DNA of 64,000 nucleotides. It comes from Nitrospirota bacterium. Its GTDB lineage: Bacteria > Nitrospirota > UBA9217. This document shows positions 11,626 through 22,964 of the stretch, one piece after another. Below the pieces are notes generated by a model. That model saw only the letters and a program-made list of their open reading frames with translations, made no database searches and was not told the origin of the DNA. Position 1 is the first letter of the stretch. Every line of letters begins with the position of its first letter. The stretch covers positions 32,001 to 96,000 of the forward strand of contig CAVUHW010000010.1 of assembly GCA_963741205.1 (NCBI GenBank), read 5' to 3'. Made by a program: the position numbers and the translations under genes.

Positions 11626-12436
11626 TTAATTCCTGTACCCCGGCGGGAAGGGAGCATATCCGTCATTGTCCCAGAGCCGGTTGCCGGTTCTCTCTCCGCA
11701 GGAGAGGATCCCCTTTCTGCACAGGGTCTCGCGCCACTCGTACTTCAGCAGGGTCTTTTGTGCGGGAGTGCGTTCGGGCTCGAAGGCTACCCGGATGGTC
11801 GGCGAATATTGGCTGTCGCCGAAGCCTGTCCCGGCTGCCTCGTCCTTTGATGAGAGTGACTTGCTGCGCGCCGCTCCCTCCATGGCCGGCGCTGCGGGAG
11901 CGCTCTCCTGCTTTTTCATCTCTTGTCTCGGCCTCGGGCGTTCCTTTTCCCGGTAGACTGCAACGGCAACAACACCCATGGCCGATGAGTCAGCGAACGT
12001 CCGCACACTGTAGGAATCAGCGGGCTCGGTGAAGTAGAACCGGTGCACCGTGTCCTTGTCCGTTCTCCATCCATCGTATCGCGCAATGCCGTAACCCTCA
12101 ATGATATACATGTCCTCGGTGCTCCCGAGTTCCGAGTTGTTTCCGCTGATGATGTTCCTGCCGTCCACGGCCACGATCACGCCGATCCGTTCAGGCGGTC
12201 ATGTTCCGGATCACGATGCCGTAATTGTCGCCGCGCTTTGCCTCCAGGTATTTCTTGATAACCCTGGTAAGACCGTTCTGGAAATCCTTGTGGGGGATCG
12301 TGAGAAAAGCGCTCCCCTGGTCTGATACTATTTCAACGCTCACTTCTCCGGTAATCCGGCCGCTCCCGAGGGATTGCGCCTGCGCTGCTGTTGCAAGAAT
12401 GACTGCTGCCAAGACAGATGCCACGATGGTACGCAT
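11626..12436 (-). CDS. Secreted hypothetical protein; frameshift near 12190
   Basis: Signal peptide MRTIVASVLAAVILATAAQA; continuation has VDGRNIISG, YDGWR, FYFT and AAGTGFG. Confidence 0.7.
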
Positions 12437-12629
12437 GGTAGTGCTCCTTTCCCTTGTGGTTTGCCCCGAAAAGGGCGATGCGTTTTCGGGTTTTGGCTAT
12501 TTGACAAAGGGAAAGGCGATTTTGTTCCCGCCATGAGAAAAAAATCCAGAAAGGGGATTTCATTGATCAGAATGGAAAGAATTTAGCGCGAAGATGCGGA
12601 GGACGCAGAGTCCTAAAATAAACTCACCG

Positions 12630-13797
12630 TCATCGCTCCACGATCATCGCCACAGCATTGCCGCCGCCCAGACACAGGGTGGCGAGACCCCGCTTAAGCC
12701 CTCGTTCCTTCAAGGCATGAATGAGGGTAACGAGGACCCGGGCGCCGCTGCACCCTATCGGATGCCCCAGGGCGACAGCGCCACCGTTGACGTTCAATTT
12801 CCCGGGATCGATGCCTAATGCCCTTGAGACCGCGATCGATGCGGTGGCATAGGCCTCATTGTGCTCAACCAGGTCTATATCGTCTATGGTAAAGCCGGTT
12901 TTTGCGAGAAGTTTTTTGACCGTCGGGATCGGGGCTTCCATCACGTCTTCAGGCTTTGCTCCGCCCGTTGCATAGCCGATGATGCGCGCCAGCGGTTCAA
13001 TTCCCGATGCCCTGGCGAACCGGGCCGAAGTAACAACCAAAGCCGCGGCGCCGTCGCTCAGTTTGGAACTGTTTCCCGCGGTCAGGATGCCGCCCTGCTT
13101 AAACACCGGGGGAAGGGCCGCAAGCCTTTCCAATGAGGTATCCTCCCGAACGCATTCGTCGGTCTCGAAGGTTCCTCCCTTGATATTGACAGGGACGATC
13201 TCTTCCCTGAATTTTCCCTCGCGGATTGCACTCGCCGCCTTTCGATTGCTCTCCCGACTAAAAGCGTCGGCTTCCTCCCGCGAGATTCCGTATTTTTCGG
13301 CTATCCGCTCTCCGGTCATACCCATCAGAAAGTTGTTGTACACATCCCATAAACCGTCGAAGAGCATGGAATCAACGATCGACCTGTCGCCGAACTTCAC
13401 TCCCCAACGGATATTTCTGACCAGATGGGGGGCGGCGCTCATGTTTTCCATGCCGCCGGCTACAATGACTGTCGGCGTCGCCCGCTTTTATGGCCTGGGC
13501 AGCGAGCATGACAGCCTTCAGTCCCGAACCGCACACCTTGTTAATCGTAAGGGAACCGGTTTCAACGGGAACTCCTGCATAGATCGCGGCCTGACGGGCG
13601 GGGTTCTGCCCCAATCCCGCGGTGAGCACGTTGCCCATGATCACTTCATCGACCTGCTCCACGCGGATGCCGGCCCGAAGCGCGGCCTCTGCTATTACGA
13701 CGGCTCCGAGTCGCGGCGCGGAAATATCTTTCAACGATCGGCCGAACTTGCCGACAGCGGTCCGCACCGCGCTTACGAGAACGACCTCTTCAGCCAT
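12630..13797 (-). CDS. Acetyl-CoA C-acetyltransferase (thiolase); frameshift near 13470
   Basis: [30 protein letters not shown]. Confidence 0.93.
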
Positions 13798-13937
13798 AAC
13801 AACCCCTTACAAAGTTTCAACCAGATTCCCTGACCTGGATTCGACGCGGGAAAATCCTATTCTCCGAGCGGGAAACCCCAGCCTTGCTACCCCGCCCACC
13901 GCACTGGTTCGCCAAAACCCGGCTCAGGGCTCTGAAT

Positions 13938-14153
13938 CTAACAGCAGCACTCATCCTCGCAGCAAAGGTCGCTCCCCGTCAGCAGTTCCTCCAACTCGGC
14001 CACGTCATCGTCTGTGATCTCCGGCTCGTTGTGGATCTTCGCGTGGGCGCTTATGTCTTTTACCGCTTCGTCAAAGGGGTCCTCGTCGGATACATAATCG
14101 CAGACCGGCCCCATCATATCTGCATCCCTGCATCTTAGAAGAATCGTCGACAT
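13938..14153 (-). CDS. DUF1059-like small metal-binding protein with a Cys-rich tail
   Basis: LRCRD..C.Y...HAKIH pattern; ends LCCEDECCC. Confidence 0.6.
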   Translation of the reverse strand: MSTILLRCRDADMMGPVCDYVSDEDPFDEAVKDISAHAKIHNEPEITDDDVAELEELLTGSDLCCEDECCC

Positions 14154-14267
14154 GGTTTTCTCCCTTCTTGCCTCCCTGAAAGTCTTTCCTGTATAAATTG
14201 TATCAACGGGGCGGCTCACGAGTCAAGAAGCAGCTCTTGTGCGGCAGAAGGCAGCTAAGATGCTACT

Positions 14268-16142
14268 TTATTCCCACGGAAGCTTGAGGAAGACATCCAC
14301 CACCTCCGGGTCGAAATGAATCCCACTCAAGGACTTGATATAGTCGTAGGTCTTATCCACCGGCCAGGCTGGGCGATAGGGCCGGTCGTAGATCAGTGCG
14401 TCGGCGACGTCAATAACCGTGAAGATGCGGGCATGAAAGGGGATTGCTTGTCCCTTGAGGCCCCGGGGATAGCCTGAACCATCCCATTTTTCGTGGTGGC
14501 AATACGGGATGTCTATGGTCGGACGGAGGAATGGGATTGCAGAAAGGAGGTCGAAGGCATAATCGGGATGCCGCCTCAGGATCTCATTTTCCTCCTGCGA
14601 CAGGGGGCCATTTTTTCTCAGTATCGCGTCGGGTATGCACATCTTGCCGATGTCATGGAGTAGAGCGCCCCTCCTCACATTCACGAGATCGTGATCTGCC
14701 ACGCCCATTGCCCGGGCAAGGACCACCGTTTTGTCCGCGACCCTTTCGGTGTGACCGTTGGTGTCTGCATCTCGCAACTCGAGGGTCCGTCCCCACCCCT
14801 CAAGGGTGGCATCATAGGCGAGGATGATTTCCGCGTTGGACCGCTGCAGGCTGTCGTACATGGCTGCGTTATCTATGGCAATGGCGGCCTGGCCGGAGAT
14901 GAGTTCGAGAAAACTCAGCCATTCGGGGTCCGGATTGAACTTTTTCCTATGGAACGTCTCCAGTACGCCCTTGACCTTGCCTTGGGTGATGAGTGGCATG
15001 GCGATATATGCCTCGAACCCCTCTCCCTTGAGCGAAGGGGTCAATATCTCCGAAACATTCGGAATGATAACGGCGCGTCGTTCGTAGGCGGCCTGGCCTG
15101 CATGCCCTTTTCCCATCCGGACATGCGCGTTTTGCGCTAAGGGGTTCCTGAAGCCTCGTCCAGCCGCATAGCCTAGGTAGAGGGTATTCTGGTCAAGGAG
15201 AAGCACATCAGCTGCATCGACGCCCAGGCGGGTAATCAGTTTTTCGAGCAGCACGTTCAGGGTGACCCTGAGATCGAGGCTCGAACTGACGGCGATCTCA
15301 ATGTCCCTGAGTGCTGTCATGTTTTCGAGCTGCCTCCGCGCCGTCTCCTCGGTGCGCTTGCGCTCCGTGATGTCCCGCAATACGCTGATCGCGTGCCATG
15401 CTCCTTTGAAATGCAGAGCGGACATTGAAAGTTCCACCGGGAATTCGGCCCCGTCCTTTCTTAAGGCTGTCACCTCCATCAGTTTGCCTATGAAGGGGCC
15501 TTCTCCGGTCCTGCTGAAATTGAGAAATCCCTTTTGGTAATGATCACGGTAGGCAGCCGGAGCCAAGAGCAGATGCATCTCCCTGCCCAGGATCTCTCGA
15601 CTTGAGTAACCGAACACACGTTCCGCGGCATTATTCCAGAATGCGACTTTTCCTTCCTGATCTATCATGATAATTGCGTCCTGCGCCGATGCGGCCAGTC
15701 CTTTGAATTTTTCTTCGCTGTCCCGAAGGGCCAGTTCCGCCTTACTGCGCTCCCGCCGCTCCTCGGCGACCTGAAGGGAACGGTTTACGGCCGGCACCAG
15801 CCTGGAGAGACGGCTCTTGAGGACATAATCCGTTGCGCCTTGCGTCAGTGTTTCGATGGCGAAGTCCTCGCCCATCGTACCGGATAAAAATACGAACGGG
15901 ACGTCCGGGCACCTTTGTCGGGCCTCGGTCAGTGCCGACAACCCGTCGTAGGTCGGCAAGGTGTAATCGGAGATGATAATCTCGGGAGAAAAGTCCTCGA
16001 TTTCACGCAGGAACGCTTCCCGTGTCCAAACACGCTTCAGGCTGAACAATATGCCGCCCCTTCTCAGTTCGAGCGCCATAAGTTCTGCGTCTTCTTCACA
16101 GTCTTCCAGGCTGAGTATTTTCAATTGCTTCTGTGCGTCCAT
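14268..16142 (-). CDS. REC-PAS-GAF-HD-GYP c-di-GMP phosphodiesterase
   Basis: Receiver domain LEDCEED...DYVLK; PAS RKDGAEFPVELS; GAF; LHDIGK and HHEKWDGSGYP. Confidence 0.93.
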   Translation of the reverse strand: MDAQKQLKILSLEDCEEDAELMALELRRGGILFSLKRVWTREAFLREIEDFSPEIIISDYTLPTYDGLSALTEARQRCPDVPFVFLSGTMGEDFAIETLTQGATDYVLKSRLSRLVPAVNRSLQVAEERRERSKAELALRDSEEKFKGLAASAQDAIIMIDQEGKVAFWNNAAERVFGYSSREILGREMHLLLAPAAYRDHYQKGFLNFSRTGEGPFIGKLMEVTALRKDGAEFPVELSMSALHFKGAWHAISVLRDITERKRTEETARRQLENMTALRDIEIAVSSSLDLRVTLNVLLEKLITRLGVDAADVLLLDQNTLYLGYAAGRGFRNPLAQNAHVRMGKGHAGQAAYERRAVIIPNVSEILTPSLKGEGFEAYIAMPLITQGKVKGVLETFHRKKFNPDPEWLSFLELISGQAAIAIDNAAMYDSLQRSNAEIILAYDATLEGWGRTLELRDADTNGHTERVADKTVVLARAMGVADHDLVNVRRGALLHDIGKMCIPDAILRKNGPLSQEENEILRRHPDYAFDLLSAIPFLRPTIDIPYCHHEKWDGSGYPRGLKGQAIPFHARIFTVIDVADALIYDRPYRPAWPVDKTYDYIKSLSGIHFDPEVVDVFLKLPWE

Positions 16143-16493
16143 GGATGTTTCACCCTAGTAAGAGCAGCACCCATTGTAAGTTTATCAATATTCACGCACA
16201 ATATCTATTAATTGTCACTGAAACACCCCAGAGAAGCTCTCAAGAGGGCGTTGGAAATGTTTTGTGAAGAGGGGCGAACGTTGAGAAAAGGGAACGGTGA
16301 TCCGGGATTTTTTGTCCAGAGCGAGTCTTAACAGTCTGGCAGGTGATCGTGAAATGAGGTTGTTAGCGGTATGGAAGGATGACAAGGGAGAGACCCGTTC
16401 GGAGGTCCGGCAGGGGGATATCAGCAGTCAAAAAAAGACCCTCCTTGCGTGCCAGAGAGGGTGCTGCGTCTCACCAAAAAAAAATAAATTCAG

Positions 16494-17057
16494 CTAAACC
16501 GTCATGATCTCTTTTTCCTTGTGCACAAGGAAATCATCAATCTTCTTGATATAGCTGTCCGTCGTCTTCTGGATTTCGTCCTGCAGTTTCTTGGTCTCGT
16601 CCTCCGAGACGTGCGCGTCCTTGTCCTTGCTCTTCTTCTTGATCTCGTCGTTCACGTCCCGGCGAATGTTGCGCACGGCGACCCGCGCGTCCTCGGCCAG
16701 TTTCTTGGCGTGCTTCACGATCTGCTGCCTGCGCTCCTCGGTCAGCGAAGGGATGTTCAAGCGGATAATTTTACCGTCGTTCGTCGGCGTGATGCCCACG
16801 TCCGACTTCAAAATCGCCTTTTCGATCTCACCGAGCATCTTCGGCTCCCAGGGCTGGATGGTGATCTGGCGGGGATCGGGTACGGCCATGTTCGCCACCT
16901 GGTTGAGCGGCGTGGGCGTTCCGTAATAGTCCACCACGATGCCGTCGAGCATGCCGAGCGACGCCCTCCCGGTGCGCAGGGTCGCGAGTTCCTTCCGGAG
17001 CGCGTCAAGGGCCTTGCTCATTTTATCTTCTGCTTTCTTCTTCTGCTCGCTAAGCAT
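16494..17057 (-). CDS. frr: Ribosome recycling factor
   Basis: [29 protein letters not shown]. Confidence 0.97.
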   Translation of the reverse strand: MLSEQKKKAEDKMSKALDALRKELATLRTGRASLGMLDGIVVDYYGTPTPLNQVANMAVPDPRQITIQPWEPKMLGEIEKAILKSDVGITPTNDGKIIRLNIPSLTEERRQQIVKHAKKLAEDARVAVRNIRRDVNDEIKKKSKDKDAHVSEDETKKLQDEIQKTTDSYIKKIDDFLVHKEKEIMTV

Positions 17058-17779
17058 TGTTCCTCCCGGTTACGAGCGTCCCGATCGTTTCGCCCAACAC
17101 GATCTTTTTGATGTTGCCGGGGACGTTGAGGTTGAACACGATGATGGGAAGGTTGTTGTCCATGCACAGGGAAATGGCCGTGGCGTCCATGACGCGGAGG
17201 TCCTTCTGCAGCACGTCGATGTAGGTGAGGCGGTCGAACTTGGTGGCGGTTTTGTCCTTCACGGGGTCTGCGCTGTACACGCCGTCCACCTTGGTGGCCT
17301 TCATGATGACCTCGGCCCCGATCTCCATGGCACGGAGAGCCGCCGCGGTGTCGGTCGTAAAGTAAGGGTTGCCGGTGCCTGCCGCGAAGATCACGATGCG
17401 TCCTTTTTCCAGATGGCGCACCGCCCGCCTGCGGATGTAGGTCTCGGCGAGTTCGCGCATTTCTATGGCCGACTGCACCCGGGTCACGATGCCCTTGTTT
17501 TCGAGGACGTTCTGGAGTGCGAGCGCGTTCAAGACCGTGGCCAGCATGCCCATGTAGTCGGCGCTTGCGCGCTCCATGCCCCTGGCGGCCCCGGACAGCC
17601 CCCGGAAGATGTTGCCGCCGCCGATGACGATCGCGATCTCCACCCCGAGTCCGGCGACTTCCCTGACCTCGGACGTGATCGTGTCGAGCACGGCATGGTC
17701 GATGCCGTACCCCTGCTCGCCCATGAGGGCCTCTCCGGAGAGCTTGAGGAGAATGCGTTTGTACTTGGGAGTGCGTCAT
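17050..17779 (-). CDS. pyrH: UMP kinase; indel near the start codon
   Basis: [36 protein letters not shown]. Confidence 0.95.
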
Positions 17780-17790
17780 GATAATACCGA

Positions 17791-17872
17791 AGAGATGAGA
17801 GACGATGGACGACGGACGCAATGGCGCGGATCGGTTTTTCTCGTCCCTGCGTCCTGCGTCCGTCGTCCTTCA
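17791..17872. repeat. Heptamer repeat hairpin (GGACGAY / GCGTCCT)
   Basis: gacgatggacgacggacgca ... tgcgtcctgcgtccgtcgtcc. Confidence 0.65.
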
Positions 17873-17875
17873 TGA

Positions 17876-18760
17876 TTATTTCAGCTGCGCCGCCACTTCC
17901 TCGGCGAAGCTTTCCTTTTTCTTTTCGATGCCCTCGCCGAGCTGGTACCGGACAAACCGGTTGACGACGGCGTCCGCGCCCGCCTTTTTCAAAACGTCCT
18001 TGATCCTCTGCTTGCCGTCGGGGTCCTTGATATAGACCTGGTCGATGAGGCAGGTGTCGGAGTAGAATTTTTCGAGCTTGCCGTCGATGATCTTGCCGAT
18101 CACGGCGGCGGGCTTGCCGGACTCCTTTGCCTGTGCCTCGTAAACGGCGCGCTCGCGGTCGAGCACGTCGGAGGGGACCGTTTCGCGGCTCAGGAACTGC
18201 GGATTTGCGGCGGCAATATGCATGGCGAGGTCCTTGCCGAGCTGTTCGTCGCCGCCGGAATAGTCCACCATGACGCCGATCTTGTTGCCGTGGAGGTATA
18301 CCGCGATCCTGCCGGAGGTCTCGAAAGTCACAAAGCGGCGAATGGCGATATTCTCGCCGATCTTCTGCACCAGGGCATTACGCTTCGCTTCGACGTTCTC
18401 GCCGACCAGGTCGAGCTTGGCGAGCGCAGCCACGTCGAAAGGTTTTCTGGCGGCAACGAGTTCGGCGAGGCCTTTCGCGAACTTCTGGAACTCCTCGTTT
18501 TTTGCGACGAAGTCTGTTTCGCTGTTCACTTCGATCAGGACGCCGGTCTTGCCGCCTCCCTGAACGCTGGAGGCGATCATGCCTTCAGACGCCACGCGCG
18601 CGGACTTCTTGGCCGCAGCGGAAAGCCCTTTCTTTCTGAGGATGTCGACGGCCTTTTCAAAATCGCCGCCGGCCTCTTCCAGGGCCTTTTTCGCTTCCAT
18701 CATGCCGACGCCGGTCTTTTCTCTCAGGTCCTTCACTGCACTTGCAGATATTGTTGCCAT
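17876..18760 (-). CDS. tsf: Elongation factor Ts
   Basis: VKDLREKTG.GMM, EVNSETDFVA, FVRYQLGEG. Confidence 0.97.
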   Translation of the reverse strand: MATISASAVKDLREKTGVGMMEAKKALEEAGGDFEKAVDILRKKGLSAAAKKSARVASEGMIASSVQGGGKTGVLIEVNSETDFVAKNEEFQKFAKGLAELVAARKPFDVAALAKLDLVGENVEAKRNALVQKIGENIAIRRFVTFETSGRIAVYLHGNKIGVMVDYSGGDEQLGKDLAMHIAAANPQFLSRETVPSDVLDRERAVYEAQAKESGKPAAVIGKIIDGKLEKFYSDTCLIDQVYIKDPDGKQRIKDVLKKAGADAVVNRFVRYQLGEGIEKKKESFAEEVAAQLK

Positions 18761-18808
18761 TTCTTCAAAAACCCCCTTCTCTATTCATAACGCGTCATTC
18801 CGCATCGC

Positions 18809-19610
<802 letters not shown>

Positions 19611-19624
19611 AATGTCCCTCCTTC

Positions 19625-19712
19625 AGATTTTTACCGCCGCGCCGATCATCCCCCCTGCAGATCCCGATTAAGTACCGGGACACCCTGCCGGGAGTCCTGA
19701 CGCGTGTGGAAT
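19625..19712 (-). promoter_or_regulatory. Probable rpsB leader (S2/t44-like autoregulatory RNA)
   Basis: Minus strand CACACGC...GGGTG leader with hairpins directly upstream of the rpsB RBS. Confidence 0.5.
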
Positions 19713-19911
19713 GTGAAATGGCCTTATTTAAGGCGGTCTCTAAACTACCATAGAGCCCGGCGGTTTTCAAGGAAAATTTCTCCCTCCGATGCGTTTTTTG
19801 TCTGGGTCTTTTCTGCGTTTTTTTCGCATTCCTTATATAAACCCGTTGTTTTTCTCATTTCTGCCAAATGACGGGGAAGGCATATCCTATAAAAATCAGC
19901 TATCTGTGGCC

Positions 19912-19926
19912 TGGCATGGTTGATGC
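19912..19926 (+). promoter_or_regulatory. Sigma-54 (-24/-12) promoter candidate
   Basis: TGGCATGGTTGATGC has the exact GG-N10-GC spacing, 40 nt upstream of the ORF at 19967. Confidence 0.6.
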
Positions 19927-19966
19927 AATTTGATATACTGAAAGAAGATGAAAGGAGGTAACAATC

Positions 19967-20302
19967 ATGAATACTACAATCTCTAGAAAAACGGCATACA
20001 TCGGGGCAGGCGCTGGTCTGGTTCTGTTCGCACTTTTCGGGCTCATGCCGGGCAGCCTGATCGGCGGCGCTGCTGGCATCGGGATCGCCGGCTGGTTCTT
20101 TGGACTGCCGCTGCAGCCCGCGCTCTTGTCACGTATCATTGTTCTGGCATCGATGCTCTTCGGCGTACTGGTGGCGGGCATCGTGATTGTGACTGTCACC
20201 TCTACAACGGGATGGCTCATCGGCAAAGCCCTTGAGGCAGGCGTCCATGCCAAGGAAGCAGGGCAGGAAAAAGGCATGACTAAAGTTGAGGAACGGAAAT
20301 AG
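19967..20302 (+). CDS. Small Gly-rich membrane protein of unknown function
   Basis: Strong RBS aaggagg; AYIGAGAGLVLFALFGLMPGSLIGG; hydrophobic segments. Confidence 0.75.
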   Translation: MNTTISRKTAYIGAGAGLVLFALFGLMPGSLIGGAAGIGIAGWFFGLPLQPALLSRIIVLASMLFGVLVAGIVIVTVTSTTGWLIGKALEAGVHAKEAGQEKGMTKVEERK

Positions 20303-20577
20303 AATTTAGGATAAGGAAGGGGAGCCATTGCGGCTGCCCTCCTCTATGGAGACAGTGCCGTAGGTTGTAAATAGCTGAGCACAAATTCCAGGTCACTCAT
20401 TCCAGGCGGTGAAAAAACACCGCCTTTGTTGTTGTGAATCCACATCAGGTCCCCATCCCACGGAGTTGCTTCACAATATACATGTCTATAATATGTTGAT
20501 ATTTAATTATTTTTTAAATATATTGTTTTAGACGTCCCTTCTGCGGTTTTTTTCATTTCACCAGCTTACAAAAACGC

Positions 20578-20606
20578 TTGACAAAACAGGCGAAATTGTT
20601 TATATT
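20578..20606 (+). promoter_or_regulatory. Sigma-70 promoter of rplM-rpsI
   Basis: TTGACA-N17-TATATT. Confidence 0.7.
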
Positions 20607-20648
20607 CGCTTTCCTGATAATAATCAACATATCAACAAGGCGGAAATT

Positions 20649-21080
20649 ATGGGAACTTATTCGGCAAAAAAGGAAGATATTAAGAGAAGCTGGCACGTCG
20701 TTGACGCAAACGGCAAGACCTTGGGTAGGCTCGCGACAGTAGTGGCATCGGTGCTCAAAGGCAAGACCAAGCCTATTTTTACCACACACGTGGACACTGG
20801 CGACTTCGTGATCGTGGTAAATGCGGACAAAATTCACTTGACCGGCAAGAAGCTTGAGCAGAAGGTCTATTACAGCCACTCCGGATATCCCGGTGGACTT
20901 AAATCAATCACCGCGGGCAAGTTGCTCAAGACCAAGCCCGAGGACGTTATAATAAAAGCGGTCGAGGGAATGCTCCCCAAGACCCGGCTGGGCAAACAGA
21001 TGCTCTCCAAACTTAAAGTATATGCGGGGGAAAGCCATCCGCATAGCGCCCAGCAGCCCGTAGAGATGATACTCAAATAA
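20649..21080 (+). CDS. rplM: 50S ribosomal protein L13
   Basis: [29 protein letters not shown]. Confidence 0.97.
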   Translation: MGTYSAKKEDIKRSWHVVDANGKTLGRLATVVASVLKGKTKPIFTTHVDTGDFVIVVNADKIHLTGKKLEQKVYYSHSGYPGGLKSITAGKLLKTKPEDVIIKAVEGMLPKTRLGKQMLSKLKVYAGESHPHSAQQPVEMILK

Positions 21081-21110
21081 CGATTTGGAAAATAAGGTCA
21101 GGAGGATGTA

Positions 21111-21512
21111 ATGTCAGCGGCAACGGTATCGAGATACTATGCAACAGGCAGGCGCAAGAATTCCATAGCCAGGGTGTGGATGATGCCCGGAAGCGGCAAA
21201 GTCACCATCAATGACAGGCCCATGGACCAGTACTTCGGCAGGGACGTGCTCAAGATGATTATCCGCCAGCCTTTCGAGGTCACCGGTACGGTCGATAAGT
21301 TCGATGTGCTCGTGAGCGTCCTCGGCGGCGGCAACTCCGGCCAGGCCGGCGCCATCAGGCACGGTATTTCCAAAGCGCTTCTTGCCGTTGACGCGGAATC
21401 GCGCGGAAAGCTGCGCAAGGAAGGTCTCCTGACCCGCGACCCCAGAGCCAAGGAACGCAAGAAGTACGGTCAAAAGGGCGCACGCGCCCGGTTCCAGTTC
21501 TCCAAGAGATAA
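21111..21512 (+). CDS. rpsI: 30S ribosomal protein S9
   Basis: [36 protein letters not shown]. Confidence 0.97.
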   Translation: MSAATVSRYYATGRRKNSIARVWMMPGSGKVTINDRPMDQYFGRDVLKMIIRQPFEVTGTVDKFDVLVSVLGGGNSGQAGAIRHGISKALLAVDAESRGKLRKEGLLTRDPRAKERKKYGQKGARARFQFSKR

Positions 21513-21564
21513 GGGATCACATACCTAATCTGAGTTCTCGTTTGTTACAGGCCCTGTTTAGTCG

Positions 21565-21596
21565 AGGGAAGGTAGAGATGCCTTCCCTTTTATTTT
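21565..21596 (+). terminator. Intrinsic terminator after rpsI
   Basis: agggaaggta-gaga-tgccttccct followed by a T-rich tract. Confidence 0.65.
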
Positions 21597-21710
21597 GTTT
21601 GCAAGCACCGTCGCTGCGTTTTCCTCTGGGTATGCCGTTTTCACCCGTTAAGAAATTATTATTGCCACGAAGTCTGTCGGTAATGTCAGCCGTGGTTGTA
21701 CGTTAATGCT

Positions 21711-22763
21711 ATGACCAGTCCAAACGTAAAGATAGCGATTGTCGGATCGAGCGGCTATACCGGCGGCGAATTGTACCGTCTGCTGCTCCATCACCGCTTC
21801 GCGACAATCACCGCAGTAACGTCGGAAAAATCCGCAGGCCTACCGCTTACGACTATTTTCCCCCATCTCGCAGGGTTAACGGACCTTTTGTGCGAGCCCC
21901 TTGACGCCGAGGCGATAGCAAGGAAGGCCGATTTCATTTTTCTAGCGCTTCCCCATGTGACCGCACAGGACGCGGCTTTCCAGTTTCGCCGACTCGGCAA
22001 AAAGGTTGTGGATCTATCCGCCGATTACCGGCTTACCGATCCGGCGCTTTACGAGAAGTGGTACGAGCATTGCCACCAGTACCCTGAACTTCTGAAACAC
22101 GCCGTGTACGGACTGCCGGAACTGCACCGGGATGAGATCTCAAAGGCGTCGCTCATCGCAAACCCGGGTTGCTATCCCACGGGCGCGATTCTGGGGCTGG
22201 CGCCGCTCGTGAAAAGCGGCGCCATCGACCTCAGGACGATCATCATCGATTCAAAATCAGGGGTCTCCGGCGCGGGCCGCAGCCCGTCGCTCGCGCACCA
22301 TTACCCCGAGGTGAACGAAGGCCTGATGGCGTACAAGATCGGGACCCACCGTCATACGCCGGAGATCGAACAGGAAGTGTCGGCGTTGGCTGGAAAACAA
22401 GTAACGGTTTCCTTCACGCCCCATCTCATTCCCATGAATCGCGGAATCCTGACTACCGTCTACGCTTCATTGAATGCGCCGGCCGATACAGGCAAGGTGC
22501 ATGCCCTGTACCGGGAATTCTACGGGAGCGAACCCTTTGTTCGCGTTCTTGCCCTGGGACAGTTCCCGAACGTGCGGAACGTTCGGGGGGCCAATTTCTG
22601 CGACATCGGCGTGTATGTTGACCCCCGGACCGACAGGGTCGTCGTGGTCACGGCTATCGACAACCTCGTTAAAGGAGCGGCAGGTCAGGCCATTCAGAAC
22701 ATGAACCTGATGATGGGGTATGACGAGCGGGAAGGCCTGATGGCTGCGGGATTGTTTCCGTGA
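21711..22763 (+). CDS. argC: N-acetyl-gamma-glutamyl-phosphate reductase
   Basis: GSSGYTG, DLSADYR, ANPGCYPT, SGVSGAG, IDNLVKGAAGQA. Confidence 0.96.
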   Translation: MTSPNVKIAIVGSSGYTGGELYRLLLHHRFATITAVTSEKSAGLPLTTIFPHLAGLTDLLCEPLDAEAIARKADFIFLALPHVTAQDAAFQFRRLGKKVVDLSADYRLTDPALYEKWYEHCHQYPELLKHAVYGLPELHRDEISKASLIANPGCYPTGAILGLAPLVKSGAIDLRTIIIDSKSGVSGAGRSPSLAHHYPEVNEGLMAYKIGTHRHTPEIEQEVSALAGKQVTVSFTPHLIPMNRGILTTVYASLNAPADTGKVHALYREFYGSEPFVRVLALGQFPNVRNVRGANFCDIGVYVDPRTDRVVVVTAIDNLVKGAAGQAIQNMNLMMGYDEREGLMAAGLFP

Positions 22764-22839
22764 GGGAAAAGCGGAAACCGGGAAGCAGAAAAACGGTGTT
22801 ACGCTCAAAGTAATTCCATGCTTTTTTTCCTTCAAAGAG

Positions 22840-22941
22840 GTCATCCCTGAAGGTCGATCCCCAATAGAATCGTTCGGGGAAGAATCCGGATTTGGGAACG
22901 GGATTACAATGCCAGATCCCTATGGAAGCATTGGGGATGAC
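22840..22941. repeat. REP/RPE-like palindromic element
   Basis: gtcatccc ... gatcccctatggaagcattggggatgac. Confidence 0.7.
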
Positions 22942-22964
22942 AAAAAAGCGATCGGGGTAAAATC

